The notes beneath the pieces are model-generated. The model was not told the origin of the DNA. It worked only from the letters and a program-made list of their open reading frames with translations, and searched no databases. This document shows, piece after piece, positions 35,103-45,157 of a DNA stretch of 64,000 bases. The stretch is from NCBI GenBank assembly GCA_949282205.1, contig CASDOS010000023.1:2023-66022 (forward strand), written 5' to 3'. Both the position numbers and the translations under genes were made by a program. Positions within the stretch are counted from its first letter, which is position 1; each line of letters starts with the position of its first letter. This DNA is from an uncultured Alphaproteobacteria bacterium. Lineage in GTDB: Bacteria > Pseudomonadota > Alphaproteobacteria > RF32 > CAG-239.

Positions 35103-36059
35103 TTACGCAGCCAATTCGGCCACAATCGCCTCCTGAGCGCTTTTAAGCGAAGCGGTCATTTTCTTTTGTTTAAGCGCGCGATAAATTGTTCTGAAGATGA
35201 CGCAAGCGGCGACAAAGATAGGTGCGCGGTTCGGACCGATATAGGGCGATTCGGAGCGTTCTTTCAAATCAAGTTTCAAGATTTGGTCAATAGTATCATC
35301 AACAACATCGAGAGGTACGGTAACCCCATCGGAAGCAAACTTATCATATTTAGGGTGTTTATTAATCCAAGACACCAAGCGCAAGGGCATGGAAGAAGTA
35401 GCGATAAGCGCCGCATTATCAAGATAATCAAACGCTTGAATTTTCTGCAAAAACGGGGTCAAGTATTCCAAAACTTTCTGTTCCAATGCATATGCGCCAT
35501 TATCGTTATATTCGAACAGGTTAAACATTTCAGAGGAGTTACGAGCGCCCAAAGGGACGGAAACGGTCGCCAAGATTTCGGGATTATCGGAATTCGTAGC
35601 AAGAGTAACCTCGGTAGAACCGCCTCCTAAATCATAAACGAGCAAATATTTTTTATCATGAGGAGCATTTAATTTTGCGCCCAAGAGGGTTAAGCGCGCC
35701 TCTTCAAATTCGCTGATAACATCAATATCGATACCGGAAGCCTGTTTAACATCGTGAACAAAATCTTTGGTATTAGAGCTCATACGGCAAGCGGCGGTAG
35801 CGATAGCGCGGTATTTTTTCACATTATAGAGTTTCATCATTTCGGAAAAATCCATAAATGAGCAGATAGCGCGTTCCATCGCCTGCGGGCAGAAGCAATG
35901 ATTTTCGGCCAATTTTTCGCCCAAAGCCACATGTCTGACATCACGATAGACAGGTTCGCCCTTATCATCAACAATCAGCAAGCGATTAGAATTCGTCCCC
36001 AAATCCATAGCCGCGAAATAAGTTTTTCCATCTATTTTTTCATCTTTAAGATCAGCCAT
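35103..36059 (-). CDS. Ppx/GppA-family phosphatase (short form)
   Basis: It carries AAMDLGTNSNRLL and DLGGGSTE, the ASKHA-fold motifs of Ppx/GppA. I prefer the ATG at 36059, which is preceded by GGAGG. Confidence 0.8.
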   Translation of the reverse strand: MADLKDEKIDGKTYFAAMDLGTNSNRLLIVDDKGEPVYRDVRHVALGEKLAENHCFCPQAMERAICSFMDFSEMMKLYNVKKYRAIATAACRMSSNTKDFVHDVKQASGIDIDVISEFEEARLTLLGAKLNAPHDKKYLLVYDLGGGSTEVTLATNSDNPEILATVSVPLGARNSSEMFNLFEYNDNGAYALEQKVLEYLTPFLQKIQAFDYLDNAALIATSSMPLRLVSWINKHPKYDKFASDGVTVPLDVVDDTIDQILKLDLKERSESPYIGPNRAPIFVAACVIFRTIYRALKQKKMTASLKSAQEAIVAELAA

Positions 36060-36340
36060 AAATCCTCCGCACAACGCCAAAAAAACAAATTTTTACAATC
36101 TTATACCATTAAATTTTACAAAACAACCTCAACTTTTCTTTTATACACCATCTCGACACAAGTGCCCCCCTTTTGCCGAGCTCGAGGAAATACCCGCAAC
36201 CAAGACCAAGCCCAAGGCTTTAACACCCCAAAATACAAACTACACAAATTCAGAGTGCTCAAATTCAGAGTGCTCAAGTGCCCCCCCCTTTTGCCGAGCT
36301 CGAGGAAGCGCCCTAAACAAGCCAACGTATATTTGATAAG

Positions 36341-37660
36341 CTATTGCATCACCGTTTTTTGTGAACGAAACGCATTGTTTTTATGCGCCCGTCGATCAAA
36401 AGGAAACCGACCACCCCTGCGATTCTTTTTATGATGATGCGAAGCGTTAGATTTTGGGGCATGCATCAAGTCGAGCAAAATACCTTCGCGAATACCACGA
36501 TCGGCGACGGTAATTTCGGAAATCGGCCAAAACGACATAAGTGCTTCAATAATAGCACACCCAGCGACGGTCAAATCGGATTTGGATTGCCCGATACAAG
36601 GATGTTTGCAACGCCCTTCGACGCCCATGGTTTTAATTTTGTTAATTGTAAAATCGATATCAGGAGCAGAAATAGCGATACCATCCACGGCAGAACGGTT
36701 ATAGCGAGGCAGTTTCAAGTGCACGGCGCCGATAACGGTGACGGTTCCGGAAGTTCCGATAACTTGAATTTCCTGATTAGCAATAGCCTGATAGATTTGG
36801 TGTTTTTCCTCAAATTCCTGCAAAATCGCCTGCGTACGTTCGACCACGGTAGAATATTCGAGCGTACTCATTTCGTGTCCGGCAAACGCCTCTGAAATAG
36901 TAACCACGCCATAAGGAAGCGAAACAAAACCTTCAATAAAGGTTTTACCATTATCGGTAACGCGCGCCAATGAGATTTGCGTTGAACCGCCACCGATATC
37001 AAACACCAACACTCGTTTAATATTTCGGTTTAAGAGCGGCAGACAGCCGACAACGGAAAGTCTAGCCTCTTCTTTAGAAGAGATAACTTCCAAATCGATA
37101 CCGGCCTCACGTTTAGCCATTTCGACGAATTGAGCGACATTTTTAGCTCTGCGGCAAGCAGCGGTAGCAACAAAGCGGCTGGCGGCAATCGGCATATATT
37201 CATCAATCACGCCGCGACAGATTTTAAGCGCTTGAATAGTACGCCGCATCGCCTTTGAAGACAGTTCATTATCTTGAATAATTCCCTCCCCCAAGCGAAC
37301 GACTTTAGAGAAAGTTTCGACCACACGAAAAGAAGTCGTCGTCGGTGTAGCAACCACCAAACGGCAAGAATTGGTTCCCAAATCGATAGCGGCATAATTA
37401 TTTTGCGTTAAAGTAGGATTTCTATCACCTTTACAAATTTCGCCACGAGATTTATCGTTTAATTTGCTTTTCGTCACACTCTGCAACGCCACGTTAGCAT
37501 TATTCAAAAACACCTTTTCCGCAAATTGAAAGACAGCGCGTTCATCAGCCCCGCCGCGCCCGTCGGTAATTTTAGTATTTTTATCGTTAAACCGACGTTT
37601 TTTCGGTTTACCGGCATTATTTTTATTATCGTTCTCCGGTTGTCCGTTAAATTTAATCAT
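36341..37660 (-). CDS. Ppx/GppA-family phosphatase with basic N- and C-terminal extensions
   Basis: It carries AAIDLGTNSCRLVV and FDIGGGSTQ. There is a basic N-terminal ~80 aa and the tail is HHHKKNRRGGRFPFDRR. Confidence 0.8.
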   Translation of the reverse strand: MIKFNGQPENDNKNNAGKPKKRRFNDKNTKITDGRGGADERAVFQFAEKVFLNNANVALQSVTKSKLNDKSRGEICKGDRNPTLTQNNYAAIDLGTNSCRLVVATPTTTSFRVVETFSKVVRLGEGIIQDNELSSKAMRRTIQALKICRGVIDEYMPIAASRFVATAACRRAKNVAQFVEMAKREAGIDLEVISSKEEARLSVVGCLPLLNRNIKRVLVFDIGGGSTQISLARVTDNGKTFIEGFVSLPYGVVTISEAFAGHEMSTLEYSTVVERTQAILQEFEEKHQIYQAIANQEIQVIGTSGTVTVIGAVHLKLPRYNRSAVDGIAISAPDIDFTINKIKTMGVEGRCKHPCIGQSKSDLTVAGCAIIEALMSFWPISEITVADRGIREGILLDLMHAPKSNASHHHKKNRRGGRFPFDRRAHKNNAFRSQKTVMQ

Positions 37661-37710
37661 TTACACTCCAAGCACCTGCCATGACATTTCGCCGTTGCGA
37701 GTTCAAAGCA

Positions 37711-38823
<1,113 letters not shown>

Positions 38824-38956
38824 CTACTAATATCTCAATGCTTGCAGTATAGTTCGGATTAGTTAGCATAATCTTAACAAGCAAAAACTTTTTTTTCGAG
38901 ATTTAATAGCCCTCTGAAAATGAATCAAAAAAAATTTCAAAGCCTTTTTTCCTCAT

Positions 38957-38991
38957 AAAAAAAAAACGGAAGAGGTTTGACCCTTTCCCGT
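38957..38991 (-). terminator. intrinsic terminator after 39012..39956
   Basis: A 10-bp stem acggaagagg/cctttcccgt with one mismatch is flanked by an A-run and a T-run. It is homologous to the terminator at 40184-40215. Confidence 0.65.
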
Positions 38992-39011
38992 TTTTTTGTT
39001 ATAAAGCCGAT

Positions 39012-39956
39012 TTACATTGTAAAGTTAGCGCAATCCGCATACCCTTGCAAAACACTCATACAAATGACACTATTTACAATCTCTGCGTCAGGAGTACGCT
39101 GTTTCGCCCCATGAGCCAAAAACTTCAAACTACTGTTGATTTGCGCATGCGGGCGTTTTTTTCTCTCAATAAAGAGCTCCTTACCACCGTCCCATTTGAG
39201 TTGTAATCCCGTCACTGCGGTAAAAACCTTTTTGACGGCATCAGCATTCGCATATTTTTTATCGGCAAAGAAAAGTCGACATTTAAGCCATTCCTTTTCA
39301 ACCCCGACAAGTCGGATATCCGCTCCGGTATCAACCATGCTGTCCGCTATTCCCTTCAAGATGAGAAGCGTATCGGGTTTCATATCCAAAACGCCTTGGA
39401 ACTTCTGCCAGACACAATCATCTTGCTGAATAGCACCGCCAACCACGTCAAACAACAAAAAATTCTGAAGTTCACTCACGGCTTGAAAGAAATTTTCTTT
39501 CGTTTTCTTGCTACAATCACGGCCGACATAATACCCCAATTCAAAGGTAACCACGTTATCTTCACAAGAAAAATGACGTAAGAACACCCTTGAAGAAAGC
39601 AAAACCCGAACAACATCATAAAGACCGCTAATTATAAAAGACAAAGAGGAATTGCGCTTTTCGTAATACTTGGACTGCATCTTGTCAGCAATCTGCTTTT
39701 TATAAGCCAAAGATTGCTCATAAGCTGCACCGCCGATACAAGGCATCGCAATAGTTTTATACATCTTTTCTACAGCTTGTTTATCTTGCAAATCTGCATC
39801 CTTGCGTATTGCATCCTGAATGCAAGCCTTAGGATCAAAGCATCGTCTAATCCCATCACGTTCAATGTTCCTTTCAAAAATTTTTTCAAAATTTTTTTCA
39901 AGGTTTCTTTCACAATTTTGTTCAAGGTTTCTTTCAAAAGTTCTGAAATCTCCCAT
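39012..39956 (-). CDS. hypothetical protein with N-terminal ERNxE-type short repeats
   Basis: This 314-aa ORF begins MGDFRTFERNLEQNCERNLEKNFEKIFERNIER. I recognise no known domain. Confidence 0.6.
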   Translation of the reverse strand: MGDFRTFERNLEQNCERNLEKNFEKIFERNIERDGIRRCFDPKACIQDAIRKDADLQDKQAVEKMYKTIAMPCIGGAAYEQSLAYKKQIADKMQSKYYEKRNSSLSFIISGLYDVVRVLLSSRVFLRHFSCEDNVVTFELGYYVGRDCSKKTKENFFQAVSELQNFLLFDVVGGAIQQDDCVWQKFQGVLDMKPDTLLILKGIADSMVDTGADIRLVGVEKEWLKCRLFFADKKYANADAVKKVFTAVTGLQLKWDGGKELFIERKKRPHAQINSSLKFLAHGAKQRTPDAEIVNSVICMSVLQGYADCANFTM

Positions 39957-40185
39957 AATTTTAAACCGGCATTTTTATAGAGACGCTATCCCACAGCATT
40001 CCGGTACACTCTTTTTTGGTTAAACATTTAAGATATAAGAAGTTATTACCGTAGTCATAAGGTACACGCCCTAAGTCCACAATAATAAACAGATTTTTAT
40101 GAATACGAAACGGATAATAGCACACAATTTAGACAGAATCAACAAAAAAACGCATCATAAAACAAAAAATACGAAATTAACCACA
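39957..40185 (-). promoter_or_regulatory. duplicated promoter and ~150-nt leader, copy 1
   Basis: This segment is near-identical to 40674-40901. In gene sense it contains TTGATT (40137-40142), a 17-nt spacer, then TGcTATTAT (-10 at 40114-40119). Confidence 0.6.
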
Positions 40186-40215
40186 AAAAAACGGAAAAGG
40201 TTTAACCCTTTCCCG
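40184..40215 (-). terminator. intrinsic terminator after 40242..40673
   Basis: On the minus strand the stem cggaaaagg/cctttcccg is followed by a T-run. Confidence 0.65.
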
Positions 40216-40241
40216 CTTTCAAAAGGAGCGCATTCAGAAAT

Positions 40242-40673
40242 TTAATCTGAAGCAGAAACAGTCTCATACCATTCATCACCAACAGGACGAGCATTTTCGG
40301 GAGCATCCTCCTCATCCGATGCGGTCTCATACCATGTATCATCAACTGGACAAGCAGTTTCTAGAGTTTCCTCCTCATCCGATGCGGTCTGATACCATGC
40401 ATCATCAACTGGACAAGCAGTTTCTAGAGTTTCCTCCTCATCCGATGCGGTCTGATACCATACATCATCAACAGGATGAGCATTTTCGGGAGTCTCCTTA
40501 GAAGCGCCACTCTGCCCACGTTCGTTTCCGACAAAATTCTTATTATTTCTCTTTTTTCCGGATTTCACCTTAAAGGGTCGGTTAATAGATTCTTCAAATT
40601 CATAAGCAGGATTGTCAAATCCCTTAAAATTTTCCAAACCGTTCAAACCTTCGAAATTTTCAGAATTTTCCAT
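40242..40673 (-). CDS. acidic protein with four ~21-aa Trp-Tyr repeats
   Basis: This is a 143-aa ORF. The repeats read E[TA][LP]E[TN]A[CHR]PV[DG]DxWY[QE]T[AV]S..EE, encoded by ~63-bp tandem units. Confidence 0.6.
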   Translation of the reverse strand: MENSENFEGLNGLENFKGFDNPAYEFEESINRPFKVKSGKKRNNKNFVGNERGQSGASKETPENAHPVDDVWYQTASDEEETLETACPVDDAWYQTASDEEETLETACPVDDTWYETASDEEDAPENARPVGDEWYETVSASD

Positions 40674-40901
40674 AATTTCTCACCGGTATTTTATAGAGAG
40701 GCTATCCCACAGCATTCCGGTACACTCTTTTTGATTAAACATTAAGGTTAAAAAAAATTATTACCGTAGTCATTAGGTACACGCCCTAAGTCCACAATAA
40801 TAAACAGATTTTTATGAATACGAAACGGATAATAGCACACAATTTAGACAGAATCAACAAAAAAACGCATCATAAAACAAAAAATACGAAATTAACCACA
40901 A
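40674..40901 (-). promoter_or_regulatory. duplicated promoter and leader, copy 2
   Basis: This segment is near-identical to 39957-40185. The -35 TTGATT is at 40852-40857 and the -10 TATTAT is at 40829-40834, with a 17-nt spacer. Confidence 0.6.
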
Positions 40902-40975
40902 GAAAAAATTTTCTTAATTGCAAAGTAAAAGAAAGAATCTATAATAAAGCTGATTAGAGCGAAAGGAGCCGATAG

Positions 40976-41668
40976 ATGAACAAGTATTTATTATTGCTAA
41001 GTTTAAGTTTGCTGGCAACCCCGACAATGGCGCAAACCAGCGCGCCGACACCGGAAAAACATCTTCCGACCATAACCACGCCCGCCCCCGAACAAGGGAT
41101 AGCGGCAAGAGCCTCGGAAAACAAGCGATATGCAACAGCGCCTCTGCCTGAAAAAGAGTTAATAGACAATAAGATATACTTTTTTGCGCATTCGATGTGT
41201 CCGGCCTGTAAAGACGCGTTTATATATTTTGAAACATATCATCGCAATTTAAATATACCGATAACGGATGTAAAATATCATGAAAATCTGGAGTTATACA
41301 AACAATGCGTAAAGAAGTTTAACATCAGCAATGACAACCTACACCTACCGTTAATCTGCATGGGGAATCATTATATAATGGGTTGGGACGATATGCGCGA
41401 CGGTCAGCGCTTTGATGCATATCTGCAAGATTTTCAAAAGAAACAACAAGACGCCGAACACGTTGCGATATCGGATGCGGTAGACGAGCGAGTCGGCAAA
41501 GACAGCCCGCAACCGAAAGAAATGCTACCTGCCGGAAAAATGCCGATAGAAGTACCGGCAATAGAACAAAACAGCGAAAAGAGCGAAAGCGTTGCGGAGA
41601 GTCTGGAAAAGCTGAAAGGTTCCGAACCGATAGAACCGACGGCAATCGTACGCGAAGAAAATAAATAA
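40976..41668 (+). CDS. exported thioredoxin/glutaredoxin-fold protein with a CPAC motif
   Basis: The signal peptide is MNKYLLLLSLSLLATPTMAQ. The motif FFAHSMCPACKDAF is present, and there is an acidic C-terminal tail. Confidence 0.6.
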   Translation: MNKYLLLLSLSLLATPTMAQTSAPTPEKHLPTITTPAPEQGIAARASENKRYATAPLPEKELIDNKIYFFAHSMCPACKDAFIYFETYHRNLNIPITDVKYHENLELYKQCVKKFNISNDNLHLPLICMGNHYIMGWDDMRDGQRFDAYLQDFQKKQQDAEHVAISDAVDERVGKDSPQPKEMLPAGKMPIEVPAIEQNSEKSESVAESLEKLKGSEPIEPTAIVREENK

Positions 41669-41734
41669 AATGCATATAGCGGTCAAAAGAGCCCTCAAAA
41701 TAAGCCCGAAAAAAACAATAAGAGAAAGGACGCC

Positions 41735-43423
41735 ATGTTAAGCGACATAGAGATATCGAACCAAGCAAAACCGTATACAATCAATACGATAGCCAAAAGG
41801 ATTAATTTAACATATAAAGATTTGGAGTGCTACGGCAAATATAAAGCCAAAGTAACACGCGCCAAATTGCGTGAAATAAAGAGCAATCCGAAATATAGCA
41901 ACGGCAAATTGATATTGGTAACGGCGCTAACACCGACGTCGGCGGGCGAAGGCAAATCGACGGTATCCATCGGCTTGGCGGATGCGCTTCATAAATTACA
42001 ACAAAAAGTATGTTTATCATTGCGAGAACCCTCTCTGGGGCCGTGTTTCGGGATAAAAGGCGGTGCGACCGGCGGCGGAATGTCGCAAATTGTGCCGATG
42101 GATGAGATAAATTTAAACTTCACCGGAGATATTCATGCGATAACCGCGGCGAATAACTTGCTGTGCGCGATGATAGACAATCATATCAAATTCGGCAATG
42201 AGTTGGATTTTGATATTAAGAAGATACGTTTCCGTCGTTGTGAGGATTTGAACGACCGCGCGTTAAGAGAAGTAACGATAGCACAAGGCGGCACGCTAAA
42301 CGGTATCCCGCGAGAGGAACATTTTAATATATCGGTCGCCTCGGAAATCATGGCGATATTGTGTTTAGCGGAAGATTTGAGCGATTTAAAAGCGCGCATA
42401 GATAAAATCGTAATCGGCGAGAACAGCAAAGGCGCACCGATATATGCGAAAGAATTAAGAGCCACCGGCGCAATGGCAGCGATATTAAAGGATGCGATAC
42501 TGCCGAATTTGGTACAAACTTTGGAAAGAACACCTGCGTTTGTGCATGGTGGTCCGTTTGCGAATATAGCGCACGGCACCAGTTCGGTCATTGCGGCGAG
42601 AACGGCGCTGAAATTGTCGGATTATGTAGTAACGGAAGCCGGATTCGGAGCGGACTTGGGAGCTGAAAAGTTTTTTGATATATTCGGCAGAAAGAGCGGG
42701 GTATTTCCGAATGCGGTTGTATTGGTGGCAACGGTACGCGCGTTAAAGATGCACGGAGGCGTGAAAAAGGAAGATTTATCGGAAGAAAATATCAATGCGA
42801 TAAGAGCAGGTTTTGCCAATTTACGCAAACATATCGAGAATTTGCGTCAATTTGGGGTAGAACCGATAATAGCCATCAATCGTTTTACGAGTGACAGTAT
42901 AAGAGAACTGCGCGTTGTGCAAGGATTATGCATGCAAGAAGATGTGGAAGGGGTTATTTCGGAAGGTTGGGAGAAAGGCGGCGAAGGCTGTATAGATTTA
43001 GCCAAATCAGTAATTAAGCGCATCAAGTTGAATCAAAAGTTGAACAACAAGCCGCACGTTTTGTACGAAGACAAGTTGTCATTAAAAGCCAAGATAGAAA
43101 AAATCGCCACCACGATATACGGTGCGAAAGATGTCAGTTACACGGCGGCGGCGGAAGCCGAGTTGAACAAATTGACCGAATGGGGATATGGCGATTTGCC
43201 GATATGCATGGCCAAAACGCAAAATTCGATATCGCACGATAAAAATTGGTTAGGAGCGCCGAGCGGATACACATTTCCGATAACGGAGATAAGATTATCC
43301 GCCGGAGCCGGTTTTGTGGTAGCGTTATCGGGTGAAATAAGCACGATGCCGGGATTACCGAAACATCCCGCGGTACTGGATATAGATGTAGATGATAACG
43401 GCGTAATAAGCGGTCTGTTTTAG
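41735..43423 (+). CDS. fhs: formate--tetrahydrofolate ligase
   Basis: There is full-length FTHFS similarity, including the motifs TPTSAGEGKST and GPFANIAHG. The protein ends ..VISGLF followed by TAG. Confidence 0.95.
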   Translation: MLSDIEISNQAKPYTINTIAKRINLTYKDLECYGKYKAKVTRAKLREIKSNPKYSNGKLILVTALTPTSAGEGKSTVSIGLADALHKLQQKVCLSLREPSLGPCFGIKGGATGGGMSQIVPMDEINLNFTGDIHAITAANNLLCAMIDNHIKFGNELDFDIKKIRFRRCEDLNDRALREVTIAQGGTLNGIPREEHFNISVASEIMAILCLAEDLSDLKARIDKIVIGENSKGAPIYAKELRATGAMAAILKDAILPNLVQTLERTPAFVHGGPFANIAHGTSSVIAARTALKLSDYVVTEAGFGADLGAEKFFDIFGRKSGVFPNAVVLVATVRALKMHGGVKKEDLSEENINAIRAGFANLRKHIENLRQFGVEPIIAINRFTSDSIRELRVVQGLCMQEDVEGVISEGWEKGGEGCIDLAKSVIKRIKLNQKLNNKPHVLYEDKLSLKAKIEKIATTIYGAKDVSYTAAAEAELNKLTEWGYGDLPICMAKTQNSISHDKNWLGAPSGYTFPITEIRLSAGAGFVVALSGEISTMPGLPKHPAVLDIDVDDNGVISGLF

Positions 43424-43473
43424 GCAACAAGAAGATAAAGCAAGAGATAGCAGAGTAAAAAAAACATCCGAGA

Positions 43474-45141
43474 TTAACGAGAACGAGGCATAGCTCTATA
43501 TCGTCCACCGATAAAGACAACCTCGCCGCTCCAATTAAGCGCCTTGCCGAAACCAAAACGTCGCATCTGCGTTTCATCCCAGAAAAAGACTTTTTTAACC
43601 CCATCCATATCGCATTGAGAAAAACTCACCGAACCACAATAAGCAAAATTCATTGTTTGAGGCAGATCGTGCGCATACTCTAAAGACACTTCCGCCCCTC
43701 TGCGAAAAGATATATCCTCATACGGCGACAAATCGCAATTTTCGAGCGATAAGAAGCGGCAATCATGAAAATTAACTTGTTCAGGAAGATTTTTCGCCCC
43801 TTTCAAGGTAACCGAAGCGCCCTCCATAAAAGTAAGATTATCAAATTGCATCAAATTACAATCTTCCAAAATCACATTGGGCGATTTGGAAACATCAAAC
43901 TGCTCGGGAAATAAAAATACGCGAAAGAAGTTAATAGTAGTCCCCTCCAAATCAAACTCGGCATTTTTAGGAAGTTTGGTATTGAGAACCGAGAGTTTTT
44001 TGGGTTTAACCACGCGCATCCGCTTGGGTAAAGCAAACATAGAGCTAAAACTAAGTTCCTCGATATTTTGAAAATTAAAATCCGTACATTTTGAACAATC
44101 AACCGCCGAAAAGCGCAATGCGGTCAAATTCTCGTAATGCGTACGCGGCGGAATATTGAAAGCCCTAAAAAAACGCACCTCAGCCCCTTTTCTGAACTTA
44201 AGTTCCTCAATTCCATCAAAATTCACCTTAGTAAAAGACAAATATTTACATCTGGAAACATCAAAGGAACGAGGCAAATCGGATATAGTATCCAAAGTAA
44301 CCTTTGCGTTATGCTGAAAACGCAGCCTATCCAAACCGGACAATCTGCAATCTTTAATCGTAACATCCGCGCAATTATAAAAAGAAGACTTTGGGTGGAT
44401 ATGTCGTACGCCATCCATTACGACTTTAGCGCCAAGAGCAAACATCAGAGGCTTACAATTTTGGATATCTGTATTTACAATTTTAACATCTGCGGGATTA
44501 GCCAGATTAAACGAGTGAGGCAAATTTTCGACTGTATGAAATTCCACTTTTCCGCCTTTTTTAAGGAAAATCTGCTCCACTGCGGACAAATCTGGATAAA
44601 TCAAAGTAGCGTCATCGACTTCAGTCAAATCAAGAAACCGCGGAAAATCTATTGCAGCTTCCAATTCCGCTTTTTTATCGATAATCCGCACACCGGTATA
44701 AGCGGATAAAAAAGGATTTTTGCGCACTTCGTCCATTGTTAATAATTTAAGTTTATCGGCTTTATCGCGATGAGAAAAAATCCAATAAGATTTTTTTGTA
44801 TCAATAACTTTAGCAAAAGCGGGCATATAAAGCCCGTCAAACGCCAACTCACGTCCGATTTGCAAAATATCGTCAGGTTGTTCACGTTCATTAAAAGTCG
44901 CCAGCACCAAATCTTCGAACTTAACCTGTTCGGAAACTGGCAGTTCTTTGATACATTGGAGCATATCTTTGATATAACGCGGATTATTTGTAGATTTAAG
45001 GACTTCCAGACAAACATCCGGAGTAATAGGATCTTTAGGGAGGCGTGTTTTTTTATCAGGAGAGAGTCTCCCTTTTTTATAGGGCATAAGGATATTTTCC
45101 AAAGCCAAAGAGGATTTAAAATTTTCAATATCAACAAACAT
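43474..45141 (-). CDS. MFVDI-family repeat protein (555 aa, degenerate repeats)
   Basis: The N-domain is MFVDIENFKSSLALENILMPYKKG..ITPDVC..STN..IKDML..REQP. The repeats are divergent. The cap is VFFWDETQM..NWSGEVVF and the protein ends ..PRSR. Confidence 0.85.
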   Translation of the reverse strand: MFVDIENFKSSLALENILMPYKKGRLSPDKKTRLPKDPITPDVCLEVLKSTNNPRYIKDMLQCIKELPVSEQVKFEDLVLATFNEREQPDDILQIGRELAFDGLYMPAFAKVIDTKKSYWIFSHRDKADKLKLLTMDEVRKNPFLSAYTGVRIIDKKAELEAAIDFPRFLDLTEVDDATLIYPDLSAVEQIFLKKGGKVEFHTVENLPHSFNLANPADVKIVNTDIQNCKPLMFALGAKVVMDGVRHIHPKSSFYNCADVTIKDCRLSGLDRLRFQHNAKVTLDTISDLPRSFDVSRCKYLSFTKVNFDGIEELKFRKGAEVRFFRAFNIPPRTHYENLTALRFSAVDCSKCTDFNFQNIEELSFSSMFALPKRMRVVKPKKLSVLNTKLPKNAEFDLEGTTINFFRVFLFPEQFDVSKSPNVILEDCNLMQFDNLTFMEGASVTLKGAKNLPEQVNFHDCRFLSLENCDLSPYEDISFRRGAEVSLEYAHDLPQTMNFAYCGSVSFSQCDMDGVKKVFFWDETQMRRFGFGKALNWSGEVVFIGGRYRAMPRSR

Positions 45142-45157
45142 TTATATCCCGTCCCCA

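Noticed and set aside
40100-40110. Attenuator hairpin with a U-run in the duplicated leader (seen in the copy at about 40750-40790)
   Set aside because: The putative stem (uuagg/ccuaa) and the U-run are present only in copy 2 and are disrupted in copy 1. They are therefore not a conserved feature of the leader.
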